Part shown: positions 40,973-51,666 of the stretch, in pieces
How positions within the stretch are numbered: position 1 is the stretch's first letter
Layout: each line of letters opens with the position of its first letter
Origin: Sphingomonadales bacterium
GTDB taxonomy: Bacteria > Pseudomonadota > Alphaproteobacteria > Sphingomonadales > Sphingomonadaceae
Length of the DNA stretch: 64,000 bases
Reading direction: 5' to 3'
Assembly: GCA_031424175.1 (NCBI GenBank)
Contig: JANPGY010000008.1
Span: 7,253-71,252 of the forward strand
The notes under the pieces: model-generated
The model's database searches: none
Told to the model about the DNA's origin: nothing
The model's input: the letters and a program-made list of their open reading frames with translations, nothing else
Translations under genes and position numbers: made by a program

Positions 40973-42046
40973 GTGGACGAGGCGACCCCCGGCTGGCTGT
41001 TCGACGGGACCGTCGCCACGCGCCATGACGTGAATGTGCGCGTGGCAGGTGGGCAGATCGAGATCGAAGGTGCCCAGCGGATCGTCGAGCAAATCGACCC
41101 GGCGCTGATTGTGCCCATTGCCGATGCGGCACAGACGGTGTTCGGACGCAAAGGGCGGGCGGGCTGGCGGCTCGGCTTCGATACACCGCCTGCCGGCGAC
41201 CTGGCTGCGCTGCTGCCAACGCCCGCGAGATACGGGAGCTGGATCGACCGGTTGGGCCTGTGGAAGGCAGGCGCGATCCTCGCCCCGCTCTCGGCGGCAG
41301 TCGTTGCTTTCATACTGACACTGCCGTCGTGGATCGGGCCGTGGATCCCTTTTCCGGTTGAACGAGCGATCGGCGATGCCATGGTCGGCGATCTCGGCGG
41401 GCGTTTCTGCAAAGCCGGTCCGGGCACCGCCGCGCTTGCAAAACTCGCCAAACGCATCGATCCCGGGGGCCTGCCCGTCACGGTGCGTGTCGTCAACGTG
41501 AACATGGTCAACGCCGTCGCGCTACCCGGCGGCACCATCCTCATTTTCAACGGCCTGCTGCGCGGTGCCCAATCGCCCGACGAGGTTGCAGGCGTGCTCG
41601 GCCACGAGATGGGCCACGTCCGCAACCGCGATGCCATGCAGTCGCTTGTCCGCCAGCTCGGCCTTAGCGTGATCCTTGGCGGCTTTAACGGCAATGTCGG
41701 CAACAATATGAACGCCCTGCTTTCGGCAAGCTATTCGCGCGGTGCCGAAGCTGCGGCCGACGGTTACTCGATCCGCGCGCTGCGCCACGCACAGGTCTCG
41801 CCCCGTGGAACCGCGGCCTTTTTCGACCGGCTTTCGAAGTATGATGTGCCCGGCGCGACTGATGAGGCCTTCAGCTATCTCCAGAGCCACCCGGCATCGA
41901 AAACGCGCGCGGCAGCCTTTGCGTCGAGTACGATCCCCAGTGTCGCCTATCGGCCGACGCTTTCGGCCGGCGAGTGGACGTCACTCACCCGCATCTGCCG
42001 CGACGACCCGGCACGCCGGCGGGACAAGGATCTTTCGATCTTCTGA
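40973..42046 (+). CDS. M48 family metallopeptidase
   Basis: VNAVALPGG, HEMGH, SYSRGAEAAAD, SHP. Confidence 0.9.
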   Translation: MDEATPGWLFDGTVATRHDVNVRVAGGQIEIEGAQRIVEQIDPALIVPIADAAQTVFGRKGRAGWRLGFDTPPAGDLAALLPTPARYGSWIDRLGLWKAGAILAPLSAAVVAFILTLPSWIGPWIPFPVERAIGDAMVGDLGGRFCKAGPGTAALAKLAKRIDPGGLPVTVRVVNVNMVNAVALPGGTILIFNGLLRGAQSPDEVAGVLGHEMGHVRNRDAMQSLVRQLGLSVILGGFNGNVGNNMNALLSASYSRGAEAAADGYSIRALRHAQVSPRGTAAFFDRLSKYDVPGATDEAFSYLQSHPASKTRAAAFASSTIPSVAYRPTLSAGEWTSLTRICRDDPARRRDKDLSIF

Positions 42047-42145
42047 TGCCGACCATGAAATAGCGCCCGTTGGCGGTCGGGCATCGTTCCGGGCAGCTCG
42101 CTTTCGGCGATTGACCGCGCTGGTATTGCGGTGCAGCATCGCTTG

Positions 42146-44800
42146 ATGGCTGCAAATCCGATCGTGCAAAATCCGGATATCCGCTTTCTCGGGCGCATTC
42201 TGGGCGATGTGATCCGTGAACGGGGGGGGGAGGCGCTTTACCGCCGGATCGAATACATCCGCTCCACCTCGGTCGATCGACATCGCGGTCTGACGGGCGA
42301 CGTCGATAGCGGGCTGGACGCGCTTACGCTCGACGAGACCCTGTCGTTCACGCGCGGCTTCATGCTGTTTTCGATGCTCGCAAACCTGGCCGAGGACCGG
42401 CAGGGCATCAGCGCCGAGCCTGGCGCGGACATTGCGCACGTGATCGATGCTCTCGGCCGACAGGGGATCGGGCGCGACGCGGTGGCGGCGGCACTCGGCG
42501 ACGCGCTCGTCATGCCCGTGCTGACCGCACACCCGACCGAGGTCCGCCGCAAATCGATGCTGGACCATCGCAACCGCATCGCGGACCTGATGCGGCTGCG
42601 TGACGGGGGGGCGTGTGAAACGGCCGACGGCGATGTGATCGATGCGGCCATTGCCCGACAGGTGGCGCTGCTGTGGGAAACACGGCCACTGCGGCGCGAG
42701 CGGCTGTATGTTGCAGACGAAGTGGAAAATGCACTGGCATGGCTCCGTGACGTTTTCGTGCCGACACTGCCTGCGCTTTATGCGCGCTGGGATCATGCGC
42801 TCGGGCACCGCACCCCGGCCTTTCTCCGCATCGGCAGCTGGATCGGCGGCGATCGTGACGGCAATCCCAATGTCGTCGCCGCGTCGCTTGAACTGGCGCT
42901 CGAACGCGCGTCCGAGACAGTCATCGGCTATTATCTCGATTGTGTTCACGCGCTGGGAGCCGAGCTTTCGATCTCGACCGAGCTGGCCACGGTCGATCCC
43001 CGCGTGATCGCGCTGGCGGAGGCAAGCGGCGACGATGCCCCAAGTCGCATCGACGAGCCTTACCGCCGTGCGCTTTCGGGCATTTATGCACGGCTTTGCG
43101 CGACGTTTACGGCGATTGCGGCAAAACCATGCCCGCGCCCGTCGCTCCTCGACGGCGTGCCATATGCCGATCCGCAGGCGTTCAGGGCTGAGCTTCGCAC
43201 CCTTGCCAGAGCGCTCGACGGGCCGCTGTCGACGGGCGGTGCCCTCGGGCGGCTGATCCGCGCAGTCGATGTATTCGGCTTCCATCTTGCCACGCTCGAT
43301 CTCCGGCAGAATTCAGACGTTCACGCGCGCACCGTGAGCGAACTGCTCGACGTCGCGGGGGTGGAAGCGGATTATGCGGCGCTGGGTGAAGCCGACAGGA
43401 TCGCGCTGCTGCGGCGCGAACTCGCCAGCCCGCGCCCGCTGGTCAGCGCGCATCTGGCCTATGGCGAGGAAACGCGCGGCGAACTGGCCATTTTTGCCGC
43501 CGCGGCGCGGGCCAAGGCGCGATTTGGCGATGCCGCGATCGTGCGGACCATCATTTCGAAAGCAGACAGCGTTTCGGACATGCTCGAGGTACAGCTGCTC
43601 CTGAAAGAGGCGGGGCTCTACACAGCGGGCAATCCGCCGTCGGCAACAGTCATGGTCGTGCCGCTGTTCGAGACAATCGGTGATCTCGAGGCCGCACCCG
43701 CAATCATGCGCGATTACTTTGCCCTGCCTGAAATGGCCGCGCTCGCCCGGATCGCGGGTCATCAGGAAGTGATGGTCGGCTATTCGGATTCGAACAAGGA
43801 CGGCGGCTATCTTACCTCGACATGGAGCCTTTATCAGGCGAGTCTCGCCTTGAAGCCGGTGTTTGCCGACGCCGGTGTTGCGATGCAGTTATTTCACGGC
43901 CGCGGTGGCGCGGTGGGGCGCGGCGGGGGATCGTCATTCGCCGCGATCCGCGCGCAGCCGCCGGGCACGGTGGGTGGCCGCATCCGCATCACCGAACAGG
44001 GCGAGGTGATCGCCGCGAAATATGGCAGCCGCGAAAGCGCAGCGCTCAATCTGGAAGCGATGGCAGCGGCGAGCCTGCTTGCGACTGTCGAACCGGACGC
44101 TCTGTCATGCGCCGATATGGCACGGTTTGCCGCTGCAATGGGCACGCTTTCGGGATCGGCATTTCGCGCCTATCGCGGCCTGGTGTATGAAACGCCCGGC
44201 TTCGTGCCGTTCTTTCGCCAGATGACGCCCATCGCCGAAATCGCGACGCTGAAAATCGGATCGCGCCCCGCCAGCCGGACGAGATCGGACGCGATCGAGG
44301 ATCTGCGCGCCATCCCCTGGGTGTTCAGCTGGGCGCAGGCGCGCGTGATGCTGCCCGGCTGGTTCGGCGTGGGTGCGGCGCTCGACAGTTTTGCCGACAG
44401 GGGGTTGTTGCGCGAAATGGCAAGCAGCTGGCGGTTCTTTCAATCGGTGCTGGGCAATATGGAAATGGTGCTCGCCAAATCGGACATGAGCCTGGCGGCG
44501 CGCTATGCGGGGCTTGTCGAAGACCGGCAGGTCGCCGAGGCGATCTTCACCCGCATCCGGGACAGCTGGCACCGGGCGCGCGATGGGCTGCTCGATGTGA
44601 CCGGGCAGCCGGATCTGCTCGCGGCGCATCCCGCGCTCGATGCCTCGATCCGGCTGCGGATGCCCTATATCGAACCACTGAACCTGCTCCAGATCGAACT
44701 GCTCAAGCGCCATCGCAGTGGTGAATCCGATCCGCGCATAGCCGAGGGTATCCAGCTTTCGATCAACGCGATCGCAACCGCGCTGCGCAACAGCGGGTGA
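42146..44800 (+). CDS. ppc: Phosphoenolpyruvate carboxylase
   Basis: VLTAHPTE, SWIGGDRDGNP, GYSDSNKDGG, FHGRGG, LRAIPWVFSW. Confidence 0.97.
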   Translation: MAANPIVQNPDIRFLGRILGDVIRERGGEALYRRIEYIRSTSVDRHRGLTGDVDSGLDALTLDETLSFTRGFMLFSMLANLAEDRQGISAEPGADIAHVIDALGRQGIGRDAVAAALGDALVMPVLTAHPTEVRRKSMLDHRNRIADLMRLRDGGACETADGDVIDAAIARQVALLWETRPLRRERLYVADEVENALAWLRDVFVPTLPALYARWDHALGHRTPAFLRIGSWIGGDRDGNPNVVAASLELALERASETVIGYYLDCVHALGAELSISTELATVDPRVIALAEASGDDAPSRIDEPYRRALSGIYARLCATFTAIAAKPCPRPSLLDGVPYADPQAFRAELRTLARALDGPLSTGGALGRLIRAVDVFGFHLATLDLRQNSDVHARTVSELLDVAGVEADYAALGEADRIALLRRELASPRPLVSAHLAYGEETRGELAIFAAAARAKARFGDAAIVRTIISKADSVSDMLEVQLLLKEAGLYTAGNPPSATVMVVPLFETIGDLEAAPAIMRDYFALPEMAALARIAGHQEVMVGYSDSNKDGGYLTSTWSLYQASLALKPVFADAGVAMQLFHGRGGAVGRGGGSSFAAIRAQPPGTVGGRIRITEQGEVIAAKYGSRESAALNLEAMAAASLLATVEPDALSCADMARFAAAMGTLSGSAFRAYRGLVYETPGFVPFFRQMTPIAEIATLKIGSRPASRTRSDAIEDLRAIPWVFSWAQARVMLPGWFGVGAALDSFADRGLLREMASSWRFFQSVLGNMEMVLAKSDMSLAARYAGLVEDRQVAEAIFTRIRDSWHRARDGLLDVTGQPDLLAAHPALDASIRLRMPYIEPLNLLQIELLKRHRSGESDPRIAEGIQLSINAIATALRNSG

Positions 44801-44812
44801 AGGGGCCCGGCG

Positions 44813-45532
44813 CTATTCCTGCGCGCGCGCCTCAGCGACGGCAGCTTTCAGTGCGTCATAGCCTACCGCACCACCGAGGATCCTGTTTCCGATCACCCAG
44901 CTCGGCGTGCCGCCCAGATCGAGCGTACGCTGAAGCGCGAGATTGGCGCTGATTTCAGCCTGAGCCTCGGCATCGGCGGCATTCGGGTCGATCGCGAGCG
45001 CGCGGGCTACCCGGGCGACCGACGCTGCATCGGGCCGACCCGCAGCAAAGAGCGCGCGGCGAAACACAGCATATTTCCCTGCCTTGGCGGCGGCGAGGCT
45101 GGCGCGCGCCGCGGCCTCGCTGTCGGGCCCCAGCACTGGAAACTCGCGATAGACGATGCGCAGTCCGGGGTCTTCCTTCAGCAGCCGGTCTATATCGGGC
45201 ACGCTCCTTCGGCAGAAGCCGCAGGCATAATCGAAAAATTCCACGATCGTGACGTCGGGCCTGACGGCCCCCTCCCATGCACCCGCGAAAGGCGTTTCGA
45301 TCTGCCGACGGTTGGCAGCAATCGCCGTGGCGACATCCCGGTCCTGCAGGCGCTGCATTGCTTCAGGCAGGATTTCGGGGTGCTCGAGAATATAGTCGTG
45401 GACGATCCTTTCGATCGCGGCCCTTTCCGCGGGGACAATGGGCGCGGTGCTGCCGGTTGCCGCCGCGGTCGCGAGCGCACCCACCGCCAGTGCCGAAACT
45501 GCAATCAAGATTCTCGTCTCCCTTTCCTGCAT
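44813..45532 (-). CDS. DsbA family thioredoxin-fold protein
   Basis: EFFDYACGFC (CxxC), REFPVLG, GTPSW. Confidence 0.9.
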   Translation of the reverse strand: MQERETRILIAVSALAVGALATAAATGSTAPIVPAERAAIERIVHDYILEHPEILPEAMQRLQDRDVATAIAANRRQIETPFAGAWEGAVRPDVTIVEFFDYACGFCRRSVPDIDRLLKEDPGLRIVYREFPVLGPDSEAAARASLAAAKAGKYAVFRRALFAAGRPDAASVARVARALAIDPNAADAEAQAEISANLALQRTLDLGGTPSWVIGNRILGGAVGYDALKAAVAEARAQE

Positions 45533-46887
45533 CAGCGCCGGCCACGCCTTTTTTCATCGACCGCGAGCTTCGAGACAAGGGCAATATCCTGGGCGCGGAT
45601 CCAGTCGGGCGTTCCCTTCGGGATTCCCGCCATCGCCATATTTGCATTGGCGAGCGCAGGCGCGGCGGCCCCTTCGAGGTTGAAGCGTTCCGCCGTCGCC
45701 AGTGCGGCACGCGGCGCGTCTCCCTCCTGTGCATAGACGGTGCCGAGCTCATACCACGCGAACGGATTCTGGTTGTCACGCGAAATGGCCGATCGCAGGA
45801 TCGCCTTGGCTTCGGGATAGTTCGCCCTGTCTTCGGTCGCGATCAGCGCATGGCCGAACAACGCAGCGATGAGAGGCTCATAATGCGTCGTCTGCACGGC
45901 CTGGCGCAACACCGGCAGCGCATCGCGCGGGCGACCCGATTCGAGCAGGATCTGTCCCTTGAGTTCCTGAAAATAAGGGTCGGTCGGGGCGACTGCCAAC
46001 AACGCATCGGTTTCCGCGATGGCCTTATCCGGATAGGCCGATTTGTGATAGGCATAGGCACGTGCATAATGCGCCGGAACCGAAATATCGGTCGGCGGAA
46101 AGCGCGTCAGCGTCGCCTTTGGATCGGAACTATAGCCGAACAGCTTGGCCTTGATCCGCTGGAAGCGCGCTTCGAGCATCGGGTCAGCCGGTTTGTTCCA
46201 CGACGGGTCCGCCTGCACCGCCTCGCGAAGGATCGAAATGCGGTCGCTGGTGAGCGGGTGCGTCTGCGCGTAGGGATCGAGACTCTGCAGCGAAAGGCGA
46301 AATTCCCGTCCCTGCAGCTTTTTGAAAAAGCTCAGCAGGCCCTTTCCGCTGATCCGCGCATCTGCAAGGTAGCGACGGCCCGATTGATCCGCGCCCGATT
46401 CCTGGGCGCGGCTGAACGCGAGATATTTGCCCATCGCTGCGGTCTGCCCCGCCATCAGAATCCCGGCGCCGGCGTCGCCCGCTCCGGCGGCGACCGCCGC
46501 CGCGCCGAGTAGCAGCGAGAGCAGTGAAATGCCGGTCGCGGCCTTTGCTCCTTCGGATCCGCGCAACACGTCTCCCGACGCGAGATGGCCGAGCTCATGC
46601 GCGATAACGCCCTGGACCTCATTGGCGTTATCCGCCGCCTGGATCAGCCCGGCGTTGATATAGACGATCTGACCTCCGGCGACGAACGCATTGATTTCCT
46701 GATCGCCGATCAGCGCAAACTCGACATTCCCCTTCGGCAGCCCGGCTGCTTCGACGAGCGGTGCGGACATATCGCGCAACAGGGCCTCGGTCTCGGCATC
46801 GCGCAGGATGGATTGTGCGGCCGCCGGCTGGACGAGCAGCGCCGTTGCGCACAGCATGGTGACCACAAGCCGGAACAGCGCTTTCAT
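45532..46887 (-). CDS. M48 metalloprotease with TPRs (BepA/YfgC-like)
   Basis: INAFV, HELGH, FSRAQESGAD, THP, TPR-like C-terminus; signal peptide. Confidence 0.9.
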   Translation of the reverse strand: MKALFRLVVTMLCATALLVQPAAAQSILRDAETEALLRDMSAPLVEAAGLPKGNVEFALIGDQEINAFVAGGQIVYINAGLIQAADNANEVQGVIAHELGHLASGDVLRGSEGAKAATGISLLSLLLGAAAVAAGAGDAGAGILMAGQTAAMGKYLAFSRAQESGADQSGRRYLADARISGKGLLSFFKKLQGREFRLSLQSLDPYAQTHPLTSDRISILREAVQADPSWNKPADPMLEARFQRIKAKLFGYSSDPKATLTRFPPTDISVPAHYARAYAYHKSAYPDKAIAETDALLAVAPTDPYFQELKGQILLESGRPRDALPVLRQAVQTTHYEPLIAALFGHALIATEDRANYPEAKAILRSAISRDNQNPFAWYELGTVYAQEGDAPRAALATAERFNLEGAAAPALANANMAMAGIPKGTPDWIRAQDIALVSKLAVDEKRRGRR

Positions 46888-46968
46888 GGCGCTCGGAGTG
46901 ACGGGCAGAGAATGAACGGCGGGTGAAGCAGTCATATGCCCCACCCTAACCGTGCAGGTCGCGGCTTC

Positions 46969-49593
46969 CTAGCTGTTCGCAGCGCCAAAGGTCCGTTGCC
47001 ACCAGCCGCCGCGCTTTGGCCCGTCATCGTCCGCCACGGCGGGAATTTCCCCGGCGATCGCGGGAACGGGCTGGACGTCGCTGGCTTTTGCCCGTGTTCG
47101 GCTTGCGCGCTTCGGTTTATCGGGCACCAGTTCAGGTGCTGCGTCCTGCGCACTGTCAGCGGCTGGTTCGGTCTCTGCCTTTTTGCGCCGCGTCCGCCTG
47201 GCAGGCGCATCGGCGACAGCTTCCGCCCCGGTCGCTGGTATCGACACCGGTGGGGGTGCCTCGCCATCGGCGTCACGCTTTGACGGTCGCTTGCGCGTCC
47301 GCTTGGGCTTTTCGACTGCCGCAGTGCCGGTCACTTCGATCGCTTCGGCACTTTCGGTTATCGGCATCATGTCGGCGTTCGAAGTTGGGGCGGCTTCAGG
47401 CGCGTCACCTGATTCAGCGCCGCCGCCGCCCGATGCCCCGTCGGCGGCAACATCCCCACGGCCCCGCCGACGACGGCCGCCACGGCGGCCCCGTCGGCTT
47501 CGCCGTTCTTCCCGATCGCCGCTTTCACCTGGATCGAGGGCTGTGTCGCCGCCTGTCGCGATGGCCTCCTGCTCTTCGCCGTCCCCGGCCGCAGAGGCCA
47601 CATTTGGGTCATTGCTCTCGCCCTCACCCCCGCTGGGTGCCCGACGCCCGCGACGTCGGCGCCCGCGACGGCGCGCGCCGCCTTCGCCTTCGCCGTCGCG
47701 GCTCTCGCCCCGCAGCTGCCGTTGTGAGCGGTCGCCCTCGTCGTCTTCCTCCTCTCCGTCTTCGTCGCTTTCGGCGATCAGATCGTCTTCGGGGTCGTCT
47801 TCATGGACCGGCACGTCATAGCGCGGTGTAAATGCGGGCGGGGGACCCGATGCATCGACCACCATCCGCGCCCCTTCGATTTCGCCGTCCGCTGCGATCT
47901 CGATGTGGACACCAAAGCGCTGTTCGATTTCGGCGAGCTCGCGGCGCTTGCGATTGAGTACGTAAAAGGCCGCTTCGGCCGAGCAGCGCAGCGTGAGCAG
48001 CGATCCGCGCCCGCGCCCGGCTTCTTCCTCGAGCAGGCGCAGCGCCGAAAGCCCCGCCGACGATGCAGTGCGGACCAGGCCGGTGCCTTCGCAATGCGGG
48101 CAGGCGCGCGTCGACGCCTCAAGCACCCCGGTGCGCAATCTCTGGCGGCTCATTTCCATCAGGCCGAACGAGGAAATCCGCCCGAACTGTATGCGCGCGC
48201 GATCATCCGCCAGCGCAGCCTTCATCGTCCTTTCGACTTTGCGCACATTGCCGCTCGATTCCATATCGATGAAATCGATCACGATCAGCCCGGCCATATC
48301 GCGCAGACGCAACTGACGGGCAACTTCGTGCGCAGCCTCGAGATTGGTGCCGACGGCGGTTGCCTCGATCCCGTGCTCGCGCGTCGAGCGCCCCGAGTTG
48401 ATATCGATCGATACCAGCGCCTCGGTCGGGTTGATGACCAGATAGCCGCCCGATTTGAGCTGGACGACGGGCTGGTACATTGCGGCGAGCTGATCCTCGA
48501 CATGATAACGCTGGAACAGCGGCACCGGATCGACATAGGGTTTCACGCGGCGTGCATGGCTCGGCATCAGCAGCTTCATAAACTGCCTCGCCTGGCTGTA
48601 GCCCTCCTCGCCTTCGACGATGACCTCTTCGATATCCTTGTTGTAGATATCGCGGATCGCACGCTTGATCAGGTCAGAATCCTGATAGACGAGCGCGGGC
48701 GCTGCAGACTGCAGCGTCTTCTCGCGGATCTCGTCCCAAAGCCGCGCGAGATAATCGAAATCGCGCTTGATCTCGATCCGTGTGCGCTGGAGTCCTGCGG
48801 TGCGGACGATGCAGCCCATGGTCCTCGGCAGATCGAGTTCTGCCATGATCGATTTCAGCCGTTTGCGATCGCCGACGTTCGAAATCTTGCGGCTGATCCC
48901 CCCGCCATGCGACGTGTTCGGCATCAGCACGCAATAGCGCCCGGCAAGCGAAAGATAGGTCGTCAGCGCCGCGCCCTTGTTGCCCCGCTCTTCCTTGACG
49001 ACCTGGATGAGGAGCACCTGCCGCCTGCGGATGACATCCTGGATCTTGTAACGTCGGCGCAGGTTCATGCGTTTAGCGCGAACCTTGTCAGCGGCGCTTT
49101 CGTCGCGCTTCTGCGCACGGGCAGGGGCGGCGGCATCCTCTTCGCCGTCATCTGACCCGTCGTCGGGCCGGGCGATTTCGGCATCAACGTCGGGCCGGTC
49201 GTCCGAGCCGTCATCTTCGAAATGACCGTCGCCGGGATCGCTTCTGCCGGTGGCGGCATCCTCGTCGTCTTCCTGCGCGCGCAGACGTTCTTCCTCGGCC
49301 GCGTGCTCGGCTTCTTCTGCCAGCAGCGCCTCGCGGTCTTCACGCGGGATCTGGTAATAATCCGGGTGAATCTCGGCAAAGGCGAGAAAGCCGTGCCGGT
49401 TGCCGCCATAATCGATGAACGCCGCCTGCAGCGACGGCTCGACCCGGGTTACCTTGGCGAGGTAGATATTCCCCTTGAGCTGCTTGTGCTCGGCGGATTC
49501 GAAATCGAACTCATCGATCCGGTTGTTACCTTTGACGACGGCGACCCGGGTCTCTTCCCGGTGGCGCGCGTCGATCAGCATGCGCATTGTCAT
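46969..49593 (-). CDS. rne: Ribonuclease E
   Basis: KGNIYLAKVTRVEPSLQAAF, KEERGNKGA, IDINSG, IDFIDM, CPHC zinc link, long disordered C-terminus. Confidence 0.97.
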   Translation of the reverse strand: MTMRMLIDARHREETRVAVVKGNNRIDEFDFESAEHKQLKGNIYLAKVTRVEPSLQAAFIDYGGNRHGFLAFAEIHPDYYQIPREDREALLAEEAEHAAEEERLRAQEDDEDAATGRSDPGDGHFEDDGSDDRPDVDAEIARPDDGSDDGEEDAAAPARAQKRDESAADKVRAKRMNLRRRYKIQDVIRRRQVLLIQVVKEERGNKGAALTTYLSLAGRYCVLMPNTSHGGGISRKISNVGDRKRLKSIMAELDLPRTMGCIVRTAGLQRTRIEIKRDFDYLARLWDEIREKTLQSAAPALVYQDSDLIKRAIRDIYNKDIEEVIVEGEEGYSQARQFMKLLMPSHARRVKPYVDPVPLFQRYHVEDQLAAMYQPVVQLKSGGYLVINPTEALVSIDINSGRSTREHGIEATAVGTNLEAAHEVARQLRLRDMAGLIVIDFIDMESSGNVRKVERTMKAALADDRARIQFGRISSFGLMEMSRQRLRTGVLEASTRACPHCEGTGLVRTASSAGLSALRLLEEEAGRGRGSLLTLRCSAEAAFYVLNRKRRELAEIEQRFGVHIEIAADGEIEGARMVVDASGPPPAFTPRYDVPVHEDDPEDDLIAESDEDGEEEDDEGDRSQRQLRGESRDGEGEGGARRRGRRRRGRRAPSGGEGESNDPNVASAAGDGEEQEAIATGGDTALDPGESGDREERRSRRGRRGGRRRRGRGDVAADGASGGGGAESGDAPEAAPTSNADMMPITESAEAIEVTGTAAVEKPKRTRKRPSKRDADGEAPPPVSIPATGAEAVADAPARRTRRKKAETEPAADSAQDAAPELVPDKPKRASRTRAKASDVQPVPAIAGEIPAVADDDGPKRGGWWQRTFGAANS

Positions 49594-50074
49594 TGAATTG
49601 TCTCCCGTACAGTCGATTCGACGCGAACCCGCACGTCATCGCCGTTCGGCTGGATTGTTGATCTGATGCCTCTGCTCGCGGAGCATGCCGGGCACGGTGC
49701 GCCAGGATCTCGATCCGCCGAAACGTCGCTACGCCCTGCTGGGCGGAACGAGCGGGCGGAAAACCATGCGTCATGCGAGCGTCAACCTGAAACGGCGGCG
49801 CGCGGCGGATCGCTTTACCGACTCGTGCGCGCAGCCAGAGATGGTGTGGCAGCCCGGCGGGTTCCCATGGACCGCAACACCCAAGCGTGCGTAGCATCAC
49901 TGCAACGAGGCGGCAACTGGCACGACCAGCCTTGCGCCACCGCCGATTTAAACGCCGTAACGCGCGGTAAAATGATGGAAAACGCCCCATTAACCCGGTC
50001 GGGTAAGCGTCATTGAACGTCCGCGCTCGTAAATCCGTCGCTGTCGGGGTTTAGGATCGGAAAACCAGTTCACC

Positions 50075-51310
50075 ATGACGAAGCACTGGACCGTAGATGG
50101 ATTTGCGCGGCAAAGAGTGCCTGTGCCCATGGTTCTTGCCCTCACGGCTTTCTATGGCCTCTCGTCCCCCGCGCTGGCGGGGCGGGTGGCGGGCGTCGAG
50201 ATCGCGGAGGAGCGCCTCGTCGTTCACTTTGACGGGCCGGTGAACAATGCACGTGCGATCGTGCTCGCCAATCCCGATCGTATTGCTCTCGATGTGGCAG
50301 GGGCGGCGCCCGGCACGCTCGGCGAAGCGACCGGCTTTGTATCGCGCATCCGCCAGGCACGATCGACTGACGATACCATGCGCGTCGTCTTCGATATGGC
50401 AATGGCGCGGCGCGTTACCGCCACCCAGTTGTCCGACGATGGACAGAGCGTCACGCTGTCGATTGCGCCGGGCAATGACGGGGCGGGCCCTGTCCGGGCA
50501 AGACCGTGGGTGCCAAGGCCCGCCGCCAGCGCAGTCCGTCCGAAAAACCGCTATGCCCTGTCGATCGCGCTCGATCCGCCCGTGGCGGGCCCGCCGCTGC
50601 CGCGTATCCTCGGCCGGCCCGATCGGCCGCTTGTCGTGATCGACGTTGGCCATGGCGGTTTTGATCCCGGTGCGCTGTCTGCCGGGGGAACCCGCGAAAA
50701 GGATATCACGCTTGCCGTCGCACGAGCCATTCGCGACGAGCTCGTGCGCGGTGGTCGTGTCCGCGTCGCGCTGACCCGTGAGGATGATCGCTTTCTCGTG
50801 CTTCAGGAACGCGCGCAGATCGCGCGCGCGCTGAAAGCCGATCTGTTCATTTCGGTCCACGCTGACAGTGCTCCGAACACGAGGGCGGCCGGCGCGACGA
50901 TCTATACGCTGTCCGAAGTCGCGTCGGATGCGACGGCGGCCCGGCTTGCAGCGCGCGAGAACAAGGCCGACGTCATCAACGGCGTCAATCTGTCGGGCCA
51001 GCCGGTGGATATCTCGTCGATCCTGATCGATCTTGCCCAGCGCGAGACGATGAATGCGTCTGCACGTTTTGCCGATCTGCTCAAGCGTGAGAGCGCCGGG
51101 GCGATGCCCTTTCGCGACGACTATCACCGCATGGCAGGCTTTGCTGTGCTGAAGGCACCCGATACACCCGCCATCCTGCTGGAAGTCGGCTATGTTACAA
51201 ACCCCGTCGACGTCGCGAGGCTGACGTCACCGGCAGGGCGAGCCGCGATCGCGGAATCAATCCGCAAGGCGGTCGATGTGCAGTTTGCCCGGCGTTACGC
51301 CTCGCGCTGA
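50075..51310 (+). CDS. amiC: N-acetylmuramoyl-L-alanine amidase (AMIN plus Amidase_3)
   Basis: DVGHGGFDPGA, EKDITL, SVHAD, LLEVGY. Confidence 0.9.
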   Translation: MTKHWTVDGFARQRVPVPMVLALTAFYGLSSPALAGRVAGVEIAEERLVVHFDGPVNNARAIVLANPDRIALDVAGAAPGTLGEATGFVSRIRQARSTDDTMRVVFDMAMARRVTATQLSDDGQSVTLSIAPGNDGAGPVRARPWVPRPAASAVRPKNRYALSIALDPPVAGPPLPRILGRPDRPLVVIDVGHGGFDPGALSAGGTREKDITLAVARAIRDELVRGGRVRVALTREDDRFLVLQERAQIARALKADLFISVHADSAPNTRAAGATIYTLSEVASDATAARLAARENKADVINGVNLSGQPVDISSILIDLAQRETMNASARFADLLKRESAGAMPFRDDYHRMAGFAVLKAPDTPAILLEVGYVTNPVDVARLTSPAGRAAIAESIRKAVDVQFARRYASR

Positions 51311-51666
51311 GCGAGCGCTGCGCCGATCGCCGCGATCAGCCCATCGATTGACTTTGCAGCCGCGAGGTGCCCGGGGCCGAGCAGGACCGAAAGGCTGTCA
51401 TCGCGATCGATCATGACGGTGGGCAGCGGCTTGTCAGCCATTGCCGGAAAGGCCGCGCGAAAATCCGGCCGGTGATAGAATTGCACGTCGAACGGCTGCG
51501 CCTCGAGCCAGTCCCGCCACTGACGTTTCATCCCGACCCCGCCATAGGTTATGGCGCAAAGGCTGCATTGATAGGTTGAGGGGGATAGCGCCTTATGGAT
51601 GGAATCCATGATCCCCGCGACAATCCCCGCATCGGCATTGTAGACGAAGATCAGCCGCGTGGTCAT
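51295..51666 (-). CDS. Conserved hypothetical protein with CxxC
   Basis: LIFVYNAD...YQCSLCAITYG...W..W; ATGA overlap with the MBL gene. Confidence 0.75.
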   Translation of the reverse strand: MTTRLIFVYNADAGIVAGIMDSIHKALSPSTYQCSLCAITYGGVGMKRQWRDWLEAQPFDVQFYHRPDFRAAFPAMADKPLPTVMIDRDDSLSVLLGPGHLAAAKSIDGLIAAIGAALAQREA

